Below, one piece after another: positions 19,318 through 28,047 of a stretch of DNA of 64,000 bases. Under the pieces are notes generated by a model. That model searched no databases. It was given only the letters and a program-made list of their open reading frames with translations, and had not been told where the DNA came from. The position numbers were made by a program, and so were the translations under genes. Numbering within the stretch: the first letter of the stretch is position 1; each line of letters begins with the position of its first letter. Location: sequence record LC739536.1. One strand, written 5' to 3'. This stretch comes from Escherichia phage phiWec187.

Positions 19318-19563
19318 ATGAGAAAATTTTTAATAGGTATGTTTTGTACATATCCTGATAATAAAGTCAGTTCTACTAAAGTTTGGAATGCTATTGGTAT
19401 GATTGTTATGTCCAGTATGTTTATTTATTTGGGAATTGATAAAGAAATTCCTGAATGGATGGGCTGGGCTTTTGTTTTTATGATCACACCATCCAGACTG
19501 ATGAAGAATTTAATAGATTTACGTTGGGGCAGATCACCTGCCCCTGATAAGGAGGATAACTAA
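19318..19563 (+). CDS. small membrane protein
   Basis: 81 aa with two hydrophobic segments. Confidence 0.3.
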   Translation: MRKFLIGMFCTYPDNKVSSTKVWNAIGMIVMSSMFIYLGIDKEIPEWMGWAFVFMITPSRLMKNLIDLRWGRSPAPDKEDN

Positions 19564-21050
19564 TGGCAGATTATGGTTTAACAGATGCTGGTTTTGTCAT
19601 TCCAACGTTTGATGATATTTTAAATAATTATATGACAGCATTGAAAAACACTTTCGGTGCAGATACAGCTACATCTGAAGATACTGTCTTTGGTCAACTG
19701 TTTCGTATTATTGCATATACAGATTACACCCTTTGGGAAGGTATGCAAGGTGTTTACAATACCCAAACCTTAGATGGTGCAGAAGGTATTTATCTTGATG
19801 AAATTTTCTCTAAAAGGGGTTTTTATCGTAAAGCTGCTTCTGCTGGTAGTGGTTATGCTTATGTTAAATCTAACAATAAGGCAGCTTGGACTTATGAGCT
19901 AAGCACAGATGTTTATTTTAATGCCGATAACGATTTGACATATTATGTCAGTGCACCAACAATGTTGAATGCTAAGATTGGAGCATATACCATTTCTAAA
20001 GCAAACGCAACAGCTTCTGGTGAAACTTCTATTACTTTCTACATTCAAAGTGCTATTGACGGTGGTCTTAACAGTAAAACACTAAGTCCTAGCAATACAA
20101 ACTTTATTTTAGATCTCACGAATTTCATTAAAGCTAACGTATCAACAACAGATCGTGCTTTAGTATGGAATGATGCTAGTAATGTTTACATGGGTTATAA
20201 TCCAGAAGATAATGTTAACCCAATAGGTTTAGTAACACCAGTGAAATTTTACGCATCTATTGCAATAGGTACAAAATGGAGTGAAATTCCAGTTACGTGT
20301 TCAGACGTTGGTTATAATCCAGTAGGTACAGAAAGTATCACAGGTATTTCTTCAACGTTTACAGGCTTTTTAGATACAGGTAACTTCTATCCATTCTCTC
20401 CAGGTACAGATGTTGAAACAGATGCAGAATTCCGTTCTCGTTTCAATGATAATATGGATGAAGCTAATGCTGCTACTCGTGCTGCTATTGTTAAAGCTCT
20501 GCTACTGACAGATGGTGTGACAAAGGTTAAGATTTATGATAACCCTACATTACATGATCAGGAACATGCTCCAGCTATGACATTCCAGACTATTGTGTAT
20601 GGTGGTACAGCAGAAGAAGTTGCACAGGTTATTTATAATACTAAACCTATTAACACCTTAACCTATGGTACAACAGCAATTACTATCGTAACAGAAGATG
20701 GCGGTCAAGAAGTAATTCGTTTTTCTCCTGGTGACAATGCTGAATATTCACTTAAACTGATATATCAAACTGGCAATGGTAGTGTGTTAAGTACAACAGA
20801 AAGAGAAAATATTGTTTCTGCTCTTTCAAACCTACAGGCTTATTTTGAGTTAGGGTCAACAGTAACTAACGATCAGATAAAAGGTGTAATTTATTCTGCA
20901 CTTGCGTTCGGACGCTTGACTTCTCTCCGTGTTTATGTTAAACTTAATACTGAGGATGACAGTAAATATAATGAGGGAGATATCACTCCAGCGTACAATG
21001 TTGTACCATCCTTTGACCTTGATAATATTTCCTACGAGTACGGAGTCTAA
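19563..21050 (+). CDS. baseplate J-like protein
   Basis: 495 aa; N-terminal region typical of baseplate J family as I recall it; followed by a gpI-like gene. Confidence 0.45.
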   Translation: MADYGLTDAGFVIPTFDDILNNYMTALKNTFGADTATSEDTVFGQLFRIIAYTDYTLWEGMQGVYNTQTLDGAEGIYLDEIFSKRGFYRKAASAGSGYAYVKSNNKAAWTYELSTDVYFNADNDLTYYVSAPTMLNAKIGAYTISKANATASGETSITFYIQSAIDGGLNSKTLSPSNTNFILDLTNFIKANVSTTDRALVWNDASNVYMGYNPEDNVNPIGLVTPVKFYASIAIGTKWSEIPVTCSDVGYNPVGTESITGISSTFTGFLDTGNFYPFSPGTDVETDAEFRSRFNDNMDEANAATRAAIVKALLLTDGVTKVKIYDNPTLHDQEHAPAMTFQTIVYGGTAEEVAQVIYNTKPINTLTYGTTAITIVTEDGGQEVIRFSPGDNAEYSLKLIYQTGNGSVLSTTERENIVSALSNLQAYFELGSTVTNDQIKGVIYSALAFGRLTSLRVYVKLNTEDDSKYNEGDITPAYNVVPSFDLDNISYEYGV

Positions 21051-21052
21051 AA

Positions 21053-21682
21053 ATGGCAGTGAGTGTTGACCATGTGACAACGTGGGATAGTATCAATGAA
21101 GATGTTAAAGACCTACTGATTGAAGATTTTAAATCTTCTCCGAACATTGTCAAACTACTCTATATCATTTCTAGCGAAAAACAAAAGATAGATCAGGCAA
21201 TGATCTATCTTGCCAAACACCGCTTGATCTCTACTGCAACTGGTAAGTATTTAGATCTTATTGGTGAAGAGATGGGGATGGAAAGAAATGGTGCTACAGA
21301 TGAAGAGTATCGTACAATATTAAAAATCAGGGCTTATCGTGTTGCGTCTTCTGGTACGCGAGATGATATCATTGATATGTTCGCTCGTTTTACAGGAACA
21401 GAAAAAGAAACGATCAATACATACGTTGGATTAAATAAAACATTCGACGTATTCTTTTATAATTTGTGTCTACAATCCGATCAGGCAGTAGCACAGTTAC
21501 TTAACGTTTTCCCGATCCTAAGTAGTTATCGCTTAGGTGCGAAAGCGGGTTCAGCCTTTGGTTTCACTTCCTATTATGCCACAACTCCACCTCATGGCAT
21601 AGGTGGTTTAGGTTCTCTTTACACAGAGGCTGAAGGAGATGATACAGGGCGAATGACTATGCTGATAGCTCAAATAGAATAA
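21053..21682 (+). CDS. tail protein I-like baseplate protein
   Basis: 209 aa; position after the J-like gene; family assignment from recollection only. Confidence 0.4.
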   Translation: MAVSVDHVTTWDSINEDVKDLLIEDFKSSPNIVKLLYIISSEKQKIDQAMIYLAKHRLISTATGKYLDLIGEEMGMERNGATDEEYRTILKIRAYRVASSGTRDDIIDMFARFTGTEKETINTYVGLNKTFDVFFYNLCLQSDQAVAQLLNVFPILSSYRLGAKAGSAFGFTSYYATTPPHGIGGLGSLYTEAEGDDTGRMTMLIAQIE

Positions 21683-21695
21683 GGAGTTACCCTTA

Positions 21696-22676
21696 ATGGC
21701 AAAGCCACAATACTACCCTGACTGGGCGACACAAACAGTAACCCTCCCAGGAACGGGAAACACAAACAAGATTAGACCAAAAGAAACCATCCGTAATGTT
21801 GGTATGGACTTTGGTCAGATTATGACTTGTGAAGAAATGAACTGGATCTTAAACAATATTGGGTCTTGGATTCGCTATATGCAAGATGAATTCTTCCCAA
21901 CATTGCCTACTACATATCTTCCTATAGTCGGTACTAAAATTACAATGGCAGGTGATGCTACAGGTGAAGTTACATGGAATGGTAATGCTGCTGTAACATT
22001 ATCTATTCAAGTAGTAGATAACAGTCATAATCACTTATCAGCTAACATTACAGACGCAACATCGAACCAAGTTGTAGGAAATGTCCTTGTTAAGCGTGAT
22101 AATGGTGGTGCTATCTATGCAGGTGATATTTACACTTGTGGTACAGGTGCTACAGATCCTGCAACATTATTTTTTAGAAACTATAATGGACAAACAGTAG
22201 GCAATATGTCTTCTGAACCAGGTGCAGGTGGTCAACTCTATATTTATAGAATAAATCCATCTACTGGAGGAACATCTTGTGGAGTCCGTTTGTATGATGC
22301 AGGTTATGTTTTAATAGACAATCCTCGTTCTAATTCTGGTCAAGATACTGGCAATGGTAATGCTCTTGTAAGATTAGATTATCTTAACTCAAGACTAAAC
22401 TCATTGCAAAGTACACTGCAAAATAATATTAACAACGTTAATAGCAACTTGCAAGGCCAAATTAATAACATTAACAATAGAGTTTCTTCTGTTGTGTCTT
22501 CTATCCGTCTAGGTACACGTATTAAAGCTGGTGTATCTGAATCTCCTTTCTATGCTGGTCACGTGATCACAGGTTGGGGTTTTGGTGATAAGAAAGAACT
22601 TCGTGGTGCTTGGTATTGGTCTGCTCCGCTACAATATTACATTAATGGTAGGTGGATAACAGTAACCAACGTTTAG
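21696..22676 (+). CDS. tail fibre protein (short)
   Basis: 326 aa; Gly/Asn/Thr-rich with heptad-like segment (LQNNINNVNSNLQGQINNINNRVSS). Confidence 0.35.
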   Translation: MAKPQYYPDWATQTVTLPGTGNTNKIRPKETIRNVGMDFGQIMTCEEMNWILNNIGSWIRYMQDEFFPTLPTTYLPIVGTKITMAGDATGEVTWNGNAAVTLSIQVVDNSHNHLSANITDATSNQVVGNVLVKRDNGGAIYAGDIYTCGTGATDPATLFFRNYNGQTVGNMSSEPGAGGQLYIYRINPSTGGTSCGVRLYDAGYVLIDNPRSNSGQDTGNGNALVRLDYLNSRLNSLQSTLQNNINNVNSNLQGQINNINNRVSSVVSSIRLGTRIKAGVSESPFYAGHVITGWGFGDKKELRGAWYWSAPLQYYINGRWITVTNV

Positions 22677-22688
22677 TAAGGAGAACAC

Positions 22689-23240
22689 ATGAAAAAAGAT
22701 GTTATTTACACTGGCTTTGAACTATATCAACCAGAATTGACAGAAGAAAATGTCATCTATCTTTCAATAGGTGCTGGTTTTCTTAAAGATAAAGATGGTA
22801 ATGATTGGTACGAAATTCAGAAATATTTATCCAAAAATTACCCTGATGCCTATTTCTTAACTCTAGATCACAACAATGTAGTTGTTGCAGCTACGAAAGA
22901 TGTTTCTACATATTTTCCCGCTGGTCTTACTGTTCTTGTAACATACAATGTTCCAGATAAAATAGAAGAAGAAAGCAACCTAGGGTCGTGGAGATATGAC
23001 AATGGTAAGTTTATTTCTCATAATGGGTTTGCAATAGAAGATGCCAACCTTAAAATGGAAAAAGAATTAACTTGGGCCACAAATCAAATATCTGCAATTC
23101 AAGATTTAGAGGAATTACAAGGTTTATCTGAAGAACAAAAAGATTGGTTAGGAAAAGTTAAACTCTATCGTGCAACATTAATTCAAATTAACGTTGAAGA
23201 TGCACCTAATATAACTTGGCCTACAAGACCTAAGAAATAG
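22689..23240 (+). CDS. hypothetical protein (possible fibre assembly factor)
   Basis: gene order between fibre genes. Confidence 0.25.
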   Translation: MKKDVIYTGFELYQPELTEENVIYLSIGAGFLKDKDGNDWYEIQKYLSKNYPDAYFLTLDHNNVVVAATKDVSTYFPAGLTVLVTYNVPDKIEEESNLGSWRYDNGKFISHNGFAIEDANLKMEKELTWATNQISAIQDLEELQGLSEEQKDWLGKVKLYRATLIQINVEDAPNITWPTRPKK

Positions 23241-23249
23241 GGGCAATGT

Positions 23250-23591
23250 ATGGAGCTAACAGAAGTATGGGATATCGCTAAAGAGGCGATTATCCCTCTT
23301 ATTGGCGTAATCTGGGTGGTCTTCAAACAGAAGATAGATGATATGGCAAGTGATTTGGATAAAATGGAAGACAAATACCGCGAACTAGAAAAGAAGTTGG
23401 TGTTTGTTGAATCCACTTATGCTACCAAAGCAGAACTTGCTCAAATGCTTAACCAGATCAACTCTACATTAATGGCAAATAATACTGCCTTAGAACAGAA
23501 GATTGAAAAAATAATGGATTTAAAAAATGCTCCTGTTCAATTAATGCTAGAGGAGATTACAAAGCGCACACAAAGTAAGGACAAAAATTAA
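23250..23591 (+). CDS. hypothetical coiled-coil protein
   Basis: 113 aa; hydrophobic N-terminus then coiled-coil. Confidence 0.25.
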   Translation: MELTEVWDIAKEAIIPLIGVIWVVFKQKIDDMASDLDKMEDKYRELEKKLVFVESTYATKAELAQMLNQINSTLMANNTALEQKIEKIMDLKNAPVQLMLEEITKRTQSKDKN

Positions 23592-26005
23592 TGGCGAATT
23601 TTCCAACATATCCTGCTACGACACTAGAACAAGGTGTTGATCTGGTTATATTCTCGTCTAACCAGATGCATGATGTTATTAATGGGGATGCTACAGCAAC
23701 TGTAGAAACCGAAACAGGTTTAATACCTACACTGCGTAAAGCACTTGTTGATAACTTCTTCTTTAAGAGTCCTGTTGCTTGGTCAGCAGGATCAACTGAA
23801 ACTGTATTTAACCAGTTACGTTATTTTGAAAACGGTATCTTGAGTGGGTACTATTATGCCCCATCTGCCACTACTGCGAACCCTGTACCTATGCAGGGCA
23901 CACCTGTAGGGGACAGTAACTGGACTCTGTACGCTCTTAAAACTGAACAGTTAGCTTCAGATGTGTATCCTTGGTATTTTAAAGGTGCTACAGGATATGA
24001 AACAGAAATCAGTCCTCCTTATATCTTTGATAATGCTATTGTCACCATTAACGGTGTAATTCAGATTCAAGGTGAAGCATTTACTATCAAAGATAGTAAA
24101 ATTATTCTGGCAGAACCATTAGGTTTAGATCCGTCTACTGGTCTACCTAACAAATTGTTTGCTTTTATTGGTAAAACAACAGCTTCTACTTCTTACGTAG
24201 AGAAAAACCTTTTGTCATCTACTACTGGTGCAGCAATGGTTGGTCTTCCATCTGGAGGCAACCTGTTACAAGCTCAATACTTTGTAACGCCTGAGCAGTT
24301 TGGTGCAATTGGTGATGGAGTTACCGATGATACTCAAGCAATTTTAAAAACTATCACTTTCGCTAACACGAATAACATTCAAGTACGTGCAGATAAGAAT
24401 TATAGATTCACAAGCTCAATTGCTATGTCTGGTATTCGTTGGTATGGTGGTACATTCACTGGTAACGGTGGAACAATGATTTCTACTGTGTCCTGTTGGA
24501 TGGAAAACGTTCGCTTTGAAAAATGTTATGTTAAGATGTTAGGTGGTGATTGCCGATTCTATCGTAATATCTTCTCCAACGCAACATCTACAGCAGCATT
24601 CTTAATGCAAGCAATGACAAGTGAAGGTACGTTGGACTTCAGTTACAACGAAATGTATGGTTGTAAATATGCGATCCTGCAACAAGGTACTGGAGAAGTA
24701 ATGACCTACGGGCGTTACTCTAACAACTATATTCACGATATCAAAGGTGATGCTATTGAACTTAACGTAGTTCAAAAACACTACACTGAAGGTTTGATTA
24801 TCGAGAATAACCACATTGCTAACGTAGATGCTTCTGGACAAGGTGCAAACTGGGGTATTGGTATTGGTGTAGCAGGTAGTGGCCCATATGGTGTTGATGT
24901 TCCTGATTCACAATATGTACGTAATTTCAGTATCGTTGGGAATAGGGTTTACAATTGCCGTCAATGTTTACACGTTGAAATGGGTAAAAACTTCACAATA
25001 CGTGATAATGAAGTTTATCCTAACACAGCAGTTTCAACAGGTACAGGTTTAACTACTTGTGGTGTTGCATTATACGGATGCCAAGATTTTGAAGTTGATG
25101 GTTTAACTGGTTATCTGCTCAATGATCCGTCTGTTTCAACACGTATGGTCTTTATTGACTGGGGTGTTAACAGTGGAAGATATGCGGGGCCACCAATTAA
25201 CTTTACAATTAAGAATTTGGATATTCCAGAATCTTCAATTGAGATTGCAACATCTGGATCAGATGCCTGGGAAAACTCTACAATTGTTAGTAATATCAAT
25301 TGTAATATTTTTAAATGGCGTGGGCTACCATCTAGCTCTACCTTTAATAATATTCGTTGCCGTAGTATTGACTTTATTGGTCAACACGGAAGCGGAGAAG
25401 GAAGTGGTGGCGGTTTCTATACTCGCAGCCAATTCACGTATATGAAGTGGGTAGGATGTACAGCACTTAGCGGAGATGAAACAACAGTTTCTTTTGCTAA
25501 AATCTACACTGATCGTTGCGATCAGGTTGGAAATAACTTTGGTGTTCCAACTGCTGTTGATGGTACAGGTCATCGTGGGCCAGTTTTAACTACTATTTCT
25601 GAACAATATTTTACAGCTTATGATGAATTCCCAGGTGGGCGTGAATTCCCTACTGGAACAGTTATTCATTGTGCAAGCGGTAAAAAACATGTTGTTACAG
25701 TAGGTGGTGCTTTCTTTAGTGACAACGAGAAAATAAAAGCAACTGTTACAGGTCAAACCTATCTACAGTCTAATGCTTTAAACTGGGCTAGTAATGGCTA
25801 CGCTAAAGCAGCAGGTACTAAGATTGTTATTCCAGGTGCAGGTGCAAATGGCGGCGATCTTGTGACAACTATAGCACGTGCTACATATGTGACAAATAGT
25901 TTGTACACAATAGATATTGCAGATCCAATTGTAACACCTACAGCAGAGAATACACAAATTAAAGCTCTGAATCCTGTTACTTTTGTTACTGTCAATAATG
26001 CTTAA
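23591..26005 (+). CDS. tailspike with pectate-lyase-type right-handed beta-helix (putative polysaccharide depolymerase)
   Basis: 804 aa; TPEQFGAIGDGVTDDTQAI matches the pectate-lyase superfamily signature; repeated G/N/V/I-rich beta-helix-like segments. Confidence 0.65.
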   Translation: MANFPTYPATTLEQGVDLVIFSSNQMHDVINGDATATVETETGLIPTLRKALVDNFFFKSPVAWSAGSTETVFNQLRYFENGILSGYYYAPSATTANPVPMQGTPVGDSNWTLYALKTEQLASDVYPWYFKGATGYETEISPPYIFDNAIVTINGVIQIQGEAFTIKDSKIILAEPLGLDPSTGLPNKLFAFIGKTTASTSYVEKNLLSSTTGAAMVGLPSGGNLLQAQYFVTPEQFGAIGDGVTDDTQAILKTITFANTNNIQVRADKNYRFTSSIAMSGIRWYGGTFTGNGGTMISTVSCWMENVRFEKCYVKMLGGDCRFYRNIFSNATSTAAFLMQAMTSEGTLDFSYNEMYGCKYAILQQGTGEVMTYGRYSNNYIHDIKGDAIELNVVQKHYTEGLIIENNHIANVDASGQGANWGIGIGVAGSGPYGVDVPDSQYVRNFSIVGNRVYNCRQCLHVEMGKNFTIRDNEVYPNTAVSTGTGLTTCGVALYGCQDFEVDGLTGYLLNDPSVSTRMVFIDWGVNSGRYAGPPINFTIKNLDIPESSIEIATSGSDAWENSTIVSNINCNIFKWRGLPSSSTFNNIRCRSIDFIGQHGSGEGSGGGFYTRSQFTYMKWVGCTALSGDETTVSFAKIYTDRCDQVGNNFGVPTAVDGTGHRGPVLTTISEQYFTAYDEFPGGREFPTGTVIHCASGKKHVVTVGGAFFSDNEKIKATVTGQTYLQSNALNWASNGYAKAAGTKIVIPGAGANGGDLVTTIARATYVTNSLYTIDIADPIVTPTAENTQIKALNPVTFVTVNNA

Positions 26006-26008
26006 TTA

Positions 26009-26031
26009 AAAAGGGGCGAAAGCCCCTTTAT
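26009..26031 (+). terminator. terminator hairpin after tailspike gene
   Basis: stem aaggggc / gcccctt with gaaa loop; A/T-rich flank. Confidence 0.5.
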
Positions 26032-26046
26032 AAAAGGAGTAGTAAA

Positions 26047-28008
26047 GTGATTTTAACACGTCCAAATAGTGCCATTGCAGACATGGTAGAGTCTCGCTAT
26101 AGAAAGCGTAGAAGTTTTGCAAGTGGTTTTACCTTAAGAGATGCTCGTGAAGCATTGCTCTTTGAAACTGACGGTAACTACTATCAGTGGAAAGGTTCTC
26201 TACCTAAAGTTGTACCTGCTAACTCTACTCCTACATCTACTGGAGGGATTTCAGATACAGCTTGGAAAAATGTGGGTAATGCAGATGACATTGCTCAAAT
26301 AGAATCAGAATTAGATGCTATTGAAGCTGAAATTGAAGATCTTAGAGAATCCATTCCAGAGGCTGGTAAATCAGCTTACCAGATTGCCGTAGACAATGGT
26401 TTCCAAGGTACTGAGACAGAGTGGTTGGCTTCTTTAAAAGGTGATCCAGGTGCTCCATTAAAGCTACTAGGGACGCTATCTAATACCAACCAATTACCTA
26501 CAACTGGAAACAATGCAGGGGATGCATGGATTGTAGGCGAGAATATGTATGCTTGGGATGGTACTGCTTGGAGAAAAGTAAACTCACAGGGGCCAGAAGG
26601 TAAATCTGCTTATGAAGTATGGCTTGCAGCAGGAAACGAAGGTACAGAACTAGATTATCTTGCCGCAATTAAAGGTGATAAAGGGGAGCCTGGCCCAGAG
26701 GGGCCACAAGGTGTGCCAGGTAATAATGCTAATGGTTTTGATTACCAAGGCGCAGCTAATTCCGTTTCAGATCTTCCTTCTGCATCTCCTGGAAACACAT
26801 CTCAAGCATGGAGTATTGGTACATATCTATACGTGTCAAACGGTGTAGAATGGATCAATATGGGCGCTATAGTGGGGCCAAAAGGAGATAAAGGCGACAA
26901 AGGAGATAAGGGTAACACTGGTGATTCAGCTTATCAAGTCTGGTTAAATGCTGGTAACGTTGGTACTATTGACGAATATATTGCCTCTCTGAAAGGAGAA
27001 AAAGGTGATAAGGGAGACAAGGGTGATCAAGGTGAACAGGGTATACAAGGCTTGACGGGGCCAACTGGTGCAGGGTTGACCATTATTGACATTCTGACTA
27101 GCACTTCTGAACTACCACAAACTGGAGAAGATGGCGATGGTTATCTGATCAATAATGAACTTTGGGTCTGGTTGCAAGGAGCCACAGAGTGGACAAATGT
27201 TGGTCGTTTAGCTGGTACTCCAATCACTGCAAAAGGACACGTTGCGTCTGCAAGTGCACTTCCTCCTACAGCCAATTACGGTGATGCTTATCTGACGGAA
27301 GATACAGGTCATCTTTACATTTACACCTATGATGAACAAACTCAAACTGCTGAATATGTAGATATGGGTAGTTTGAAAGGTGATAAGGGTGAAAAAGGTG
27401 ACGCTGGTACTAACGGTACAGACGGTGCAACTTGGATTGTTAAAACAACAGATCCAATCTCTAGTGATGGTAAACAAGGTGATTATGCCTTTAATATCTC
27501 CACTGGCGAGGTGTTCTTAAAAACATCTGCAACTATCTGGACTTCTCAAGGTACACTACCTAGTATCACAGATGCACCTAGTGATGGTAAGACTTATGCT
27601 CGTAAAGATGGAGCATGGGAAGAACTCACTAATTCTGTAGATGGTCAAGATATAGTTCCAACAAAAGTAACAACTAATTTTATAGAGGTTACAGCATATA
27701 CTAACAATTCTGTTACAGGGGACTGGACACCTCCAGGAACACATAACATGAATGTGTTGAATCTTACTGGTAACTCTACTATAAAAGCATGGCCTGGTGT
27801 CGAAGATAGCACAAAACCTAAACCATTCTCTGCAATAGTTTATCTTATCCAAGATGCCACTGGAGGTCGTACTGTTACTTTAGATCCATCTTACAAAGTA
27901 ATTGGTTCCAGTGATATTAATACAGATCCTAACGGAGTAACAATACTACAACTAACATATTGTGGTGTTGGCGATTACGTGGATGCTATTGTTGCTAAAC
28001 GCACATAA
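26047..28008 (+). CDS. tail fibre with collagen-like Gly-X-Y repeats
   Basis: GTG start after AAGGAG; GDKGEPGPEGPQGVPG, GPKGDKGDKGDKGNTGD, GEKGDKGDKGDQGEQGIQGLTGPTGAG. Confidence 0.6.
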   Translation: MILTRPNSAIADMVESRYRKRRSFASGFTLRDAREALLFETDGNYYQWKGSLPKVVPANSTPTSTGGISDTAWKNVGNADDIAQIESELDAIEAEIEDLRESIPEAGKSAYQIAVDNGFQGTETEWLASLKGDPGAPLKLLGTLSNTNQLPTTGNNAGDAWIVGENMYAWDGTAWRKVNSQGPEGKSAYEVWLAAGNEGTELDYLAAIKGDKGEPGPEGPQGVPGNNANGFDYQGAANSVSDLPSASPGNTSQAWSIGTYLYVSNGVEWINMGAIVGPKGDKGDKGDKGNTGDSAYQVWLNAGNVGTIDEYIASLKGEKGDKGDKGDQGEQGIQGLTGPTGAGLTIIDILTSTSELPQTGEDGDGYLINNELWVWLQGATEWTNVGRLAGTPITAKGHVASASALPPTANYGDAYLTEDTGHLYIYTYDEQTQTAEYVDMGSLKGDKGEKGDAGTNGTDGATWIVKTTDPISSDGKQGDYAFNISTGEVFLKTSATIWTSQGTLPSITDAPSDGKTYARKDGAWEELTNSVDGQDIVPTKVTTNFIEVTAYTNNSVTGDWTPPGTHNMNVLNLTGNSTIKAWPGVEDSTKPKPFSAIVYLIQDATGGRTVTLDPSYKVIGSSDINTDPNGVTILQLTYCGVGDYVDAIVAKRT

Positions 28009-28010
28009 TC

Positions 28011-28036
28011 AAAGCCCCTTCTGGGGCTTATTATTT
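28011..28036 (+). terminator. terminator hairpin after collagen-like fibre gene
   Basis: stem aagcccc / ggggctt then tattattt. Confidence 0.5.
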
Positions 28037-28047
28037 AAGGAGATTAA

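Noticed and set aside
26680-27060. Repetitive nucleotide tracts (ggtgataaaggngan repeats) that could be read as tandem DNA repeats or a CRISPR-like array
   Set aside because: They fall inside a long ORF and encode collagen-like Gly-X-Y repeats (GDKGDKGDKG); the repeats are in frame and imperfect, with no spacer/repeat periodicity of a CRISPR array.
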